Origin: an uncultured Chloroflexia bacterium
Lineage (GTDB): Bacteria; Chloroflexota; Limnocylindria; Limnocylindrales; CSP1-4
NCBI GenBank assembly: GCA_963712745.1
Contig: CAVQJC010000001.1
Coordinates: 64,001-128,000 of the forward strand
DNA: 64,000 bases
Direction: 5' to 3'
Below the pieces are notes generated by a model. The model did no database searches and was not told the DNA's origin. It was given only the letters and a program-made list of their open reading frames with translations. The position numbers were made by a program, and so were the translations under genes. This document shows, piece after piece, positions 42,310-51,727 of this stretch. Positions within the stretch are counted from its first letter, which is position 1. Every line of letters begins with the position of its first letter.

Positions 42310-44988
42310 TCAGGCGTCGACAGAGGCGTCGGGGTCTCCATCCGTTGCCACTGGGGGCGCGGCCACGGGCACGACCGTGACCGTGCTCATGGCCTGACCC
42401 ACGCTGCCATCGTCATCGGTCACGGTGAGCATCAACACGTACGTGCCCGCGGCGCGGTACGTGTGGCTGTCGACCACCGTCCCATCCTCGTGCACGACCG
42501 CCGGGCTGCTGTGGCCGTCGCCCCAGGCGACCTGGGCCTCGTGGGTATCGCGAGGACCTGGGTCGGTGACGGGGACCGGGCCGAGGGCGAGACGCTCGCC
42601 GACGGGGAGCTCGTACGGCCCGAACGGGCCGAGCGAGGGCGCGACGTTGGTGACCTTGACCGTCGTCTTGTCGGTGGCCGTGGCGCCGTCCTCGTCGGTG
42701 ACCGTGAGCTCGATGCTGATGCGGCCGTCGTCGGCGCCGGTGAACCACGGACGCTTCCGGCTGGCGTCGTCGAGCCGGCCCGGCTTCGACCACTCATGGG
42801 CCACGATGCCGCCGTCGGGGTCGTGTGAGCCGCGGCCGTCGAGCCGGACCTTGCTCCCCTCCTCGACCTCGTACGGCCCGCCAGCGTCGGCGACCGGCGG
42901 CTGGTTAGGCTCGAGCGCGAGGGTCGGTTGCTCGACCTTCGGCTCGGGTGTCGGTTGCTCGGCCTCGAGCCCTGACGTGGGCGCGGGCTCCGCGCTCGGC
43001 TGCTCGCCGTCCGGCTCGGGCGCGGGCGTCGGTTGCTCGAGCTCGACCTCGGAGGTCGGTGCAGGCTCGGGCGACTCGGTGACCGCGAGCGGATCGGGTG
43101 CGACCGGCGGCTCGGCAGCGGGGTCGGCGTCCGGCGGCGGGGTCGGCGCCGGTGCCAGTGACGGCAGGGCCTGCGCCGTCAGCGTCCTGACCGTCCGACC
43201 CGTGGTCCTCGCCGGCGGCGCCGAGCGTGGCACGGTCGCCACCGACGCGACATCCACTGCGTGGAGCTGGCCGACCGCATAGTCGAGGCGGACACGCTTG
43301 AGGTCGAAGACCGACTTGCCGGTGCCGCCCAGCCCCTTCCAGACCATGACCGCAGCGCGGACCTTGCCGTTCCTCTGGCGACCTTGACCGGAGGTACCGG
43401 TCTTCCACCACTGCTGCTTGGGGCCGACCTTCTTCGCGACATCGTAGTTGCCGAGGTCCTTCTTGCCCCCGAGCGCCGGGTTCCAGATGGCCACGACGGC
43501 CTTGTGCCTGTTCACCGACCGGCCATAGACCTTGAACTTCATCCCGCCATAGATCGGCTTCTGGACGACCGGGAACGCGTAGATGACCGCGGCGAAGCCC
43601 TTGTTCGAGATCAGCCGGACGCCTCGTGGATACGAGGAACCGGCGAAGCTGATGCGCGCGTTCCTCGACCGGCCCCACAGCGAGATCCGGTTGGCATCCA
43701 GGGTCACGCTCTTCTGCTTCCAGGTCACGTAGTCATGGGAGAGCTTGATGGTCTTCTTGACGACCTTCCGGTTGCCGACGGCATCGCTCAGCGTGACCGC
43801 GACGTCGTAGTCGCCGGACGGCACCAGGCCCCCGCCGTGGGATCGTCCATCCCATTCAGTCCGGTAGTCGCTCGCAGCGGCAGGAAGCGTGGTCTCCTCG
43901 ACGAGATCCCCGCTCGGCATCGCGCGGACGGCGACATGGACTTCGACGGCCTCTGCACGCGTGCCCTCGATCAGGAGCGTGTCCCGGTAGCGGTCCACGA
44001 CGGGGTAGAACTTGGACGGCGTGATGGCGGCCGTCGCGTCAGCCTCACCCAAGCCCTCGACCTCCAACCGGACGTTGCGCTCACCGCGGACGGTGTCGTC
44101 GGGGACCACGAGGGCTGCCTCGATGTTGCCGTTCGTCTCTGGGCGAGCAGACAAGCTCAGGATGCAGCCGTGCCCCGGCGGGAGTGACGCGCCACTACAC
44201 GTGTCCGCCTCGACCGCGAATGAACCGGCGTCAGGGCCCGTGATGGTCGCCGTCCCAAGTTGGATCGGCTCTGTCCCTTCGGATGTGATGGTCACATCCT
44301 GGCGGGCGGTCTCACTGCCCGTATCGGTCTGGCCAAGGTCGAGAACCGGAGGGCTTGTGACAGCGGCCTTGAAGCCGCTCGACGCGTTGTAGCGGACCTC
44401 GCCCCACAGAGGACCCCAGACCTCCTGCGTACCCGCGCAGATCTGTCTGAAGCTGGCGGAGAACGAATCCAAGTCACTGCCGGACCACGAGATCTCGTGA
44501 ATCGTGAACCGACCGATCGGCGCCAGACAGTAGCCGCCAGAGTAGAGGCCAACGTTGATGCCTGGTTGGTCGCCGCTCCGATCAGCGGGATAGACAGCCC
44601 CCGTATACGTCCCGACCGCGAGCTTCTCGCCTATCGGGGCGGCGAAACCAGCCGACCAGGTCTTATCGGGATCGTCAAGACGCCGGACCCCGCTGTAGAC
44701 CGCCTCCATCCACCCGTCGCAGAACGGCGGGGGCGATACTCCCGCCGGTGGGGCGCACGGGCGGCGCCCGTACTCCTCACCGCGTGCCCAGTTCAGCTCG
44801 TCGCCCTGGAGGACGAGTGCTTGGCCGGCCGTGTAGCCGGCCACGTGCCCATCGGTGATGTTGTCGAGATACAGGGCGGTCACGTCGCCGGCAGCCCGGA
44901 CTCCACTGTGGTGCGGCATGCCCACGTAGGCCCCTCCGACCGTGCTGGCGACGAAGACCAAGCCGATCAGGCTCGCAGCCGAACCCAT
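42310..44988 (-). CDS. Large secreted multi-Ig protein (ASH-like, FlgD-like, Pro/Glu linker, two PKD domains)
   Basis: VTITSEG..TITGPDAGSF..CSGASLPPGHGC, WDGR..VPSGDY, PVADAGGPY, WGDG..HTYRAAGTY..VTDDDG; start uncertain. Confidence 0.8.
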   Translation of the reverse strand: MGSAASLIGLVFVASTVGGAYVGMPHHSGVRAAGDVTALYLDNITDGHVAGYTAGQALVLQGDELNWARGEEYGRRPCAPPAGVSPPPFCDGWMEAVYSGVRRLDDPDKTWSAGFAAPIGEKLAVGTYTGAVYPADRSGDQPGINVGLYSGGYCLAPIGRFTIHEISWSGSDLDSFSASFRQICAGTQEVWGPLWGEVRYNASSGFKAAVTSPPVLDLGQTDTGSETARQDVTITSEGTEPIQLGTATITGPDAGSFAVEADTCSGASLPPGHGCILSLSARPETNGNIEAALVVPDDTVRGERNVRLEVEGLGEADATAAITPSKFYPVVDRYRDTLLIEGTRAEAVEVHVAVRAMPSGDLVEETTLPAAASDYRTEWDGRSHGGGLVPSGDYDVAVTLSDAVGNRKVVKKTIKLSHDYVTWKQKSVTLDANRISLWGRSRNARISFAGSSYPRGVRLISNKGFAAVIYAFPVVQKPIYGGMKFKVYGRSVNRHKAVVAIWNPALGGKKDLGNYDVAKKVGPKQQWWKTGTSGQGRQRNGKVRAAVMVWKGLGGTGKSVFDLKRVRLDYAVGQLHAVDVASVATVPRSAPPARTTGRTVRTLTAQALPSLAPAPTPPPDADPAAEPPVAPDPLAVTESPEPAPTSEVELEQPTPAPEPDGEQPSAEPAPTSGLEAEQPTPEPKVEQPTLALEPNQPPVADAGGPYEVEEGSKVRLDGRGSHDPDGGIVAHEWSKPGRLDDASRKRPWFTGADDGRISIELTVTDEDGATATDKTTVKVTNVAPSLGPFGPYELPVGERLALGPVPVTDPGPRDTHEAQVAWGDGHSSPAVVHEDGTVVDSHTYRAAGTYVLMLTVTDDDGSVGQAMSTVTVVPVAAPPVATDGDPDASVDA

Positions 44989-45183
44989 GGTGCGTCCCGG
45001 ACCCAATGCACTACCCCCAGCCAGTCTCGTGACTCGATCTGCATTCTTGGGCGACGCTACTTGCGGGGCCAAGGGTCGATCGGCCTGATTGGGGGGACGC
45101 AGACGCGAGTCCGATATCGGGGATGTGCCGCAAGACGGATCTTGAACTGCGGCCACGACACTGGTGTCTGCACCCACACGATG

Positions 45184-46246
45184 GAATGCCATGAAAAGGG
45201 CCCCGCTGGTGAGAAAGTGGGTTCTCGAAGGAACCAACACCAGGAGGCCCAGGAGAGATGTCATACGCCGGCTTGGACCTATCGCGACAGCGGCTCGATG
45301 TGCACGTCCTCGATGAGGAGGGTCGGACCGTCGAGGTGACGGCCGTCCGCCCCGATGCGGACGCCTTGGGCACGCTCGCTACCCAGATCTTCCGCCACGG
45401 CGGGGAGGTGACCGCGACCATCGAGTCGATGACCGGAGCGCGCTTCGTCCACGACCAGCTCGAGCTGCGTGGCTGGGACGTCGCCATCGGCGACGCGGTG
45501 AAGGTGAAGGGCCTGGCGCCGCTGGCGGCCAAGACCGACAAGATCGACGCCCGGGTCCTCGCCGAGCTGGCGCGGCGCGACCTCGTCCCCGAGATCTGGC
45601 TACCCACGCCGGGGGTGCGCGCGGAGCGCGCGCGCGCTCGCTTCCGTCTCCACCTCGTCCGCCACCGCACCGCCCTGAAGAACCGCATCCACTCGACGCT
45701 CATGAGCTTCGGCCACCCCGTGCCTGTCGCGGACCTCTTCGGGGTGGCCGGCCGCGAGCTGCTCGCGAGCATGGACGTGCCCGAACCCTGGAACTCGACA
45801 CACGGGCCTCTGCCCACTCGTCAGCCAGTCAGGTGGCAGGGATCGCCGCGGGCCGCTCGCGAAGAACGGCCCCGAGTACCTGCGCTGGGCGCTCATCGAG
45901 GCCGCCGTCCACGCGGCCCGACACCCCTACTACAAGGAGCGCTACGAGCGGACGAAGCGCCGGCTCGGTCGCCAGCGTGGCGCCAAGGTCGCTCGCGTCG
46001 ACCTGGCCAGGCAGTTGGCCGCCGCGATCTGGCATGTGTTGATGAAGAACAAGCCCTTCGCTCCGGCAGGCCCCGCGATCTCGCTGGTCGCTTGACGACC
46101 CACTTATGGAATCGGGCCGCCGGCAGCCTCCTACCCGACCTTGTCCTTCCATCAGAGAAGGCCATAGAGGTGGAGGTGTACTCGGACCGACCAACGACCC
46201 CGAGGCCCATGACCTGACGGCTTGACAGCGGGGCCCCTTTCATAGA
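45184..46246 (+). mobile_element. IS110 family (IS1111 group) element
   Basis: 18-bp subterminal IRs ATGAAAAGGGCCCCGCTG (45191) and CAGCGGGGCCCCTTTCAT (46226-46243), 7 and 3 nt inside GA core dinucleotides; 150-bp non-coding right end. Confidence 0.85.
45258..46095 (+). pseudogene. IS110 transposase with internal deletion and frameshift at ~45800
   Basis: DEDD domain (GLDLS, IESMTG, KTDKIDA) joined directly to TGLCPLVSQSGG..KNGPEYLRWALIEAA in another frame. Confidence 0.88.
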
Positions 46247-46356
46247 GCGAGATGGTGTGGGTATCTTCGACCCCGCGACGGGTCGGTCAACGCCCACCAG
46301 AGAGCCAGCGTACGAGGGCCGACCAGTCCGTAGGTCTGCAGCAACGACGGGTCGCC

Positions 46357-47520
46357 TCATCCATCGGCGACCACATGCTCGATGCTGGATACGATGGCGT
46401 CCCACCCTGTCGCTACTCCCTCCGGTCCTCGGCAGACCAGCAAATGGAGCCATCTTCTGCTGGGCAGCAGATACGTCGACTCCCTGACGCCGTCTTGGTG
46501 GACATCCGCGCGCGCCACCCGCCCGACCGGCAGGTCGAGATAGGTCACCAGCGGCGCGTCGGCTTCCTCGAGGCTCCGTCCTAGCATCAGAGCCACGACC
46601 TGCTCGAGCGGCTCGTCGTAGAACCAACCCGGGACGGCACCGACCGTGCATGACTCCAACGGTTCGCCCCCATCGTCCTGCGCATAGCGGACCGCGGACA
46701 TGGTTGGTGATGGCATCCAGGGAGCGACCAACGGTTCGAGTCTGCGCGCCAGCAGATCACTCAGACTCGGGATCACTGTCTCCTCGTCGGCGGTGTCCGG
46801 CGCGTTGATCGTCCAGCCCTGGGGGAATGTGAGGATCAGACCGCTCGGTGTCTCGACACGTCGACCTTGACCGAGCGCCGTATCCGTCGCCGGCGGAGAT
46901 GGTGCCGCCAGCGGCTCGATCGACCGGACGATGGGCAGCATGCCCCACATGACCAACCCGGATAGCTCGACGTCGGCATCAGGGCATGCCTCGTTCAGGA
47001 GGACGCAGGTGAACAGGACGGCGTCGTCTGTCAGCGGCACGTACCAGTCGGCCCTCCAGGAACCCGCCATATCGCAGAACGCGGTGCCCACGACACCCTC
47101 CGGCACATCCTGCCCGCGGTACGTGCCGTAGTCAGCCTGCCGAGCGTCCGCGGGTGCCCAGGCCCGGAGGACGTCCTCGGCTGTTCCCGCTTCCTCGGCC
47201 AGCACCACGTTGACGGTGCAGCGCGGTACCTCGCCGGCAGACCTGGCGGTCAGTACCTCGCGCATGCCCACCCGCTTGGCCTCCGCCGAGTCGCCTGCCT
47301 GCTCTTCGACGACCCAGTCGTCCGCGAACGCGATGGCGAACCCATGCTCGGCAAGCTCGGTGCGCTGCCGCCGCTCGGGCGGGCCGAGGTATCCGTAGTC
47401 GAAGAAATCACCGACGTTGGGGAGTGACGCGAAGAACCAACCGACCCCGATGGCCGAGACCAGCACGACCGGCGCCAGTACAAGTGCAATCGTGACCCCG
47501 AGTTTGCGCGGCCTGGACAT
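46357..47520 (-). CDS. Membrane-anchored extracytoplasmic hypothetical protein
   Basis: GGAGG RBS; N-terminal TM; two similar domains (GFAIAFADDW / GLILTFPQGW). Confidence 0.7.
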   Translation of the reverse strand: MSRPRKLGVTIALVLAPVVLVSAIGVGWFFASLPNVGDFFDYGYLGPPERRQRTELAEHGFAIAFADDWVVEEQAGDSAEAKRVGMREVLTARSAGEVPRCTVNVVLAEEAGTAEDVLRAWAPADARQADYGTYRGQDVPEGVVGTAFCDMAGSWRADWYVPLTDDAVLFTCVLLNEACPDADVELSGLVMWGMLPIVRSIEPLAAPSPPATDTALGQGRRVETPSGLILTFPQGWTINAPDTADEETVIPSLSDLLARRLEPLVAPWMPSPTMSAVRYAQDDGGEPLESCTVGAVPGWFYDEPLEQVVALMLGRSLEEADAPLVTYLDLPVGRVARADVHQDGVRESTYLLPSRRWLHLLVCRGPEGVATGWDAIVSSIEHVVADG

Positions 47521-48218
47521 GGTCGTTCACCTCCAGGACGGCACGCTCGCGCTAAGTCCCCACGACCGCATCGGGTAGGCACGTAGTAGCGGCCTTATCC
47601 GCACCCAGGCGTGCGTGTCCGGCCCGGTCGAGCACAGGCGATGCAAGGAGGCGGGTCAGCCTTGATTTACATCCGGCGCACACCATTGCGCGCGAGTGGA
47701 CTGTGCACGTGACACAGCCGCGAGATACTCGCACTGCTCCGTTTGACAAGTCCGCTCGATCCACGGTCCTGACCGGCCAAAGGTTGGAGCGGCTGCCGGT
47801 GTAGCCGCTCATCACGGTTCAGACTCGACGCGCTTCGCCTACGGGTCCCTCGCCTGCGGCAGAGCGCACGGGCCAGACACTCGGGAACTGGACGCTGGAG
47901 CGACCGTACCGCTCGAGCGACGCCCGTGGCCAGTGCATCTTCGGTCGGCCTCATGTCCATCCGGGTGCTCTCGGCCGGTGTCCCCTGCATAGACGCAGCG
48001 GTCAGACGACGTCCGCGTGTCGGGCCTAGACCAGCTTCACGATAGTCCCACCTATCGCGACGGCCTGACACTCAGCCGCCAGCACCACGTCGCGTAGCAC
48101 GCCGTCGGGCTTTCCGCACCGCTCTCGGGCGGGACCATCAAGCGGGGGTGGACCCTGTAGGCCACCGATGAGGGCCAGCCGGCAAGGATCGCTCTACCTC
48201 TTCCGCTCGTGTCCGATC

Positions 48219-48650
48219 CTATTCGATGAGCGTCCCCTGGGCCACCGCCTCCTCAGTCTCCTCGATCGACACGTCCACGGGTACAGCCACCCAATCGGAG
48301 CCCTCGGCCTGTGCTGCACGTCCCTTGCGGCGGCGACGGATCATGGCCACGATGGTCACCGCAGCGACCGCGGTCACCGCGACCACGGCGCCCGCGATGA
48401 GCACCGTGCGCGGCATGCCCCTGCCGGCCAGCTGATCAGGGGTCTCTGGGGGCGATGGCTGCAGGTCCGCGGTCGGCAATGCCAACTCCTCGATCAGGGC
48501 CATCTCGAGGAGCTCTTGCACCGGGATGCCGATCGTCGTCGCGGCCGACTCCCGTGCCCGCCTCCGCCACCTCGCCACCATCCGGCGCACCATCGGCTTC
48601 ACCAACGTCGCCATCAGCACGGCATTGACGATCCCTCGCATCCACCTCAT
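48219..48650 (-). CDS. Hypothetical membrane protein
   Basis: AAGGAGG RBS; TM VLIAGAVVAVTAVAAVTIVAMI followed by RRRRK. Confidence 0.65.
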   Translation of the reverse strand: MRWMRGIVNAVLMATLVKPMVRRMVARWRRRARESAATTIGIPVQELLEMALIEELALPTADLQPSPPETPDQLAGRGMPRTVLIAGAVVAVTAVAAVTIVAMIRRRRKGRAAQAEGSDWVAVPVDVSIEETEEAVAQGTLIE

Positions 48651-49286
48651 CACCGCACCTCCTTGAGCCAACAGCCTGATGGACCCGGTGTGCACCGGCT
48701 AGAGCCGGAGGTCATCGAGGATGACGGATGCGAGCGAAGCGCGGGCTGCAGCACACCATCGGCGCATGGTGCCCACCGCCCAACGCCTCCGCGGCGCGCT
48801 GAGGGTCACACCATCCCGGACGCGGCTCACGAGCTGATGGGTGAACAGGTCGTCCCGAACCGGGCACTGGAGGTCTTGGGCTGGAGGTTCTGGAGACACG
48901 AAGCCAGACGGCATGGGACGCTCGAGTCTCTCAGGCAACGGCCCTATGTGTAGGCCGTCACAAGCCACCCTCCAACGACTCGCGGCTAGACACCCGGCCG
49001 GCAATCTTCAGCCGGTTGGCTGTGCCGCCGACCGCCAGGCAACAAGGGCGCCGACCAGACCAAGCCGTCTGTGCATGGCGGTTCGGCCGGGTGGGGCGTC
49101 ACCCGTCGCGATGATTCGCGGGTACGTGAGCGGCGGTGGTCGAGCGACAGCCCGATGGCCCCCATCGAACCCACCGAGTAACACCATCGCGCCGCCCCGG
49201 CTGCCTGCCGCCCTGCCCCCATCCTCCCTGGCCCGTTCAGCGGGTCAAGGGCCGGACAGCCCCGCGGCGTGCGTGGCCATGGCGGC

Positions 49287-49360
49287 GGCGACCAGACGTC
49301 GTACGCGTGGCGACCAGACGTCGTACGCGTGGCGACCAGACGTCGTACGCGTGGCGACCA
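49287..49360. repeat. Perfect 22-bp intergenic tandem repeat, 3.4 copies
   Basis: GGCGACCAGACGTCGTACGCGT x3 plus GGCGACCA. Confidence 0.92.
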
Positions 49361-49495
49361 TCGCATCGGCCGCACGGCCGACGCCACACCATCACACCGT
49401 CGTGGCGAACGAGGTGCCGATGCCGTGCGCGACGCCCATCTGACGAGCGGCCGTCGCCACGGATTGGCACACAAGACCACCGGTTTCGGGACCGC

Positions 49496-50218
49496 CTAGG
49501 GTTCTGGCACTCCGCCGCTCGCCACCCAGGCCCCGCGGCCAAGGGCCGTCACCGCAGCCGCTGCCGCCGATGCCATACCCAGCCAGAACAGCGGCCATGC
49601 GGACCAGGGGGACGTGTCCCCGGCGAGGACGCGGTCAGCGTCGACGAGGAAGCTCAGGATGACGAGGCCGCCGCCCGCGAGCGCCACGAGCATGCTCCGT
49701 CGGCCGATCGCGATGGAGCGTCCGGCCCGCAGCCGCCTCGCGGCGGCCAGTCCGAAGCCCACGAGCGCGGCGCTCACGGCCATCGGTGCCCAGACCGGTC
49801 CGACCCAGACCATGGGCACGAGGAAGAGGATGTCCCACGTATCGATCGCCGGGGGCCAAGCGATGGTCAACCAGAGCCCCACGTAGTAGAAGATGTCCCA
49901 GGTCCCGAACACGACGGCCGCCCAGGCGAGACGTTCGAGCCAGTTGCGGCCTGCGAGCCAGCCGACGACGGCGATCATCAGGAGTGTGGCCAGCTCCCGC
50001 GCGATCTCGATGCCGGCGAACGCGTCGAAGTCCCCAGGCACGGCGACCGTCAGGACGACCAAGGGTCCCAGGCCGAGCGCGGCTCGTAGGTAGACGACGA
50101 CGGTCGCCTCGAGGTAACCCATCGCGATGCCGAAGGCGAGGACCGCGATGGCGGTCGCGAGGAACGAGCCTGGCCACTGGCTACCCATTCTTGCTGATCG
50201 GCTCGAGCCCGGCTTCAT
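49496..50218 (-). CDS. Multi-pass membrane protein of unknown function
   Basis: FGIAMGYLEATVVVYLR, EIARELATLLM, WDIFYYVGL, WDILFLVPMVWVGPVWAP. Confidence 0.8.
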   Translation of the reverse strand: MKPGSSRSARMGSQWPGSFLATAIAVLAFGIAMGYLEATVVVYLRAALGLGPLVVLTVAVPGDFDAFAGIEIARELATLLMIAVVGWLAGRNWLERLAWAAVVFGTWDIFYYVGLWLTIAWPPAIDTWDILFLVPMVWVGPVWAPMAVSAALVGFGLAAARRLRAGRSIAIGRRSMLVALAGGGLVILSFLVDADRVLAGDTSPWSAWPLFWLGMASAAAAAVTALGRGAWVASGGVPEP

Positions 50219-50600
50219 GATCGGTCGGTCACTCGTCTTGTGGCAGAGGACCTGAGGCCACCGAGGCCACAGTTGCGACGGAGGGGCTCGCGGGACATCG
50301 CTGAGCGCCAGGTCCGTGCCCATCGTGCGTATCACGTTGCAGGTCTCATCCTAGCGGTCCACGCTCGGGCACAGACCGGGACGTCAGTGGACCCACACTA
50401 TGCGTCTATCGTGACGCTGGGCGCGCGATGGCCTCCCGCTGTTGCCTGGCGTAGGCTCGTCGCGACATGACGGACCGTTCCACGCGCCCAGCGCCCACTG
50501 ATATCGGATCCGGAGGCCTGGCTGAGACCCTCGCGAACGGATGCCCAGCCTCGGTGGCCCCGTTCGGGCAGATGCCGATCGATCCGTGTTTCGCCCCGGC

Positions 50601-51536
50601 ATGACAGACGTCGCCGTGGTGGACCAGACGCCGCTCGACTGGTTGCTCGCCGGGGATCCGTCGGTCGCCTGGCAAGCCCAGCGTGACCTGGCCCACGATG
50701 CCCGGTGGCAGGAAACGAGGGCCCGCGTCGCCCACGAGGGCTGGGGGAAACGTCTCCTCGAGCTGCAGAACCCGGATGGGAGATGGGCCGACGGGCTGTA
50801 TACACCCAAATGGACCTCGACGACGTACACCCTCCTCCAATTGCGTCGTCTCGGGCTCGAGCCGGGAAACGCCCAGGCGATCGCGGGGGTGCGGCGCTTG
50901 CTGGATGACGCCAGATGGGTCGAGGGCGGTGTTTCGTATTGGACCACCCACCACTTCGCCGAGCGCTGCGTCAACGGCATGGTCCTCTCCCTTGCTGCCT
51001 ACTTCGACGTTGAGGACGAGAGGCTGGACGGGCTGGCCGCCATGCTGATCGACAGCCGGATCGGGGACGGTGGCTGGAACTGCGATGACTACCGGGGCCA
51101 CACGCGCCATTCCTCTTTCAACACCACGATCTCGGTCCTCGAGGCCCTCCACCTGTGGAGACGACGGACCGGCTCGAGCGAGGCGGATGAAGCGATCGCG
51201 ACAGGACAAGAGGTTCTCCTGGAACACCGTCTCTTCCGGTCGCACAGGACCGGTGAAGTCATCGATGGATCGTGGACGCACTTCGCATTCCCTCCGCGTT
51301 GGCACTACGACATCCTCCGGGGCCTCGAGCACTTCAGGGAGACGGCAGCGTCGCCGGACCCGAGGGCGGAAGAGGCGATCGGGGTTGTCCGAAAAAGGAG
51401 GCGGTCAGACGGCCTCTGGCCGATCGGCCCTCGCTACACCGGTGTCGAGCACTTCAGGATGGAGGAGGGTCGCAACCCCGGCCGATGGAACACGTTACGA
51501 GCGCTCCGCGTCCTGGATTGGTGGGGTGCCGGGTAG
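50601..51536 (+). CDS. Prenyltransferase/squalene-cyclase repeat protein
   Basis: DWLLAGDPSVAWQ, QNPDGRW, DGGWNC, FPPRWHYDILRGL, WNTLRALRVL. Confidence 0.75.
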   Translation: MTDVAVVDQTPLDWLLAGDPSVAWQAQRDLAHDARWQETRARVAHEGWGKRLLELQNPDGRWADGLYTPKWTSTTYTLLQLRRLGLEPGNAQAIAGVRRLLDDARWVEGGVSYWTTHHFAERCVNGMVLSLAAYFDVEDERLDGLAAMLIDSRIGDGGWNCDDYRGHTRHSSFNTTISVLEALHLWRRRTGSSEADEAIATGQEVLLEHRLFRSHRTGEVIDGSWTHFAFPPRWHYDILRGLEHFRETAASPDPRAEEAIGVVRKRRRSDGLWPIGPRYTGVEHFRMEEGRNPGRWNTLRALRVLDWWGAG

Positions 51537-51727
51537 GGGTCGGCGGCGATCACGATGGCAGAGCCACCAGCGCGGACTCACGACCCGCCGCTGTCGCGGT
51601 GCAGGGGGCTGAAGCGCTTGTCTCGGGTGGGGAGTGGACCAACGGCTCGCTCCGCGGCCTGTTCTGCGTCTCGATGTATCGTCCGCTTGAGAGCATCCCC
51701 ACGAAGTGACGTCGCACCGCCGATGAG

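Noticed and set aside
47700-47717. parS-like TGTGCACGTGACACA
   Set aside because: Only about 11/16 match to consensus, left half-site poor, single copy
49287-49360. Possible CRISPR array
   Set aside because: Units are contiguous with no spacers, and no cas genes are present
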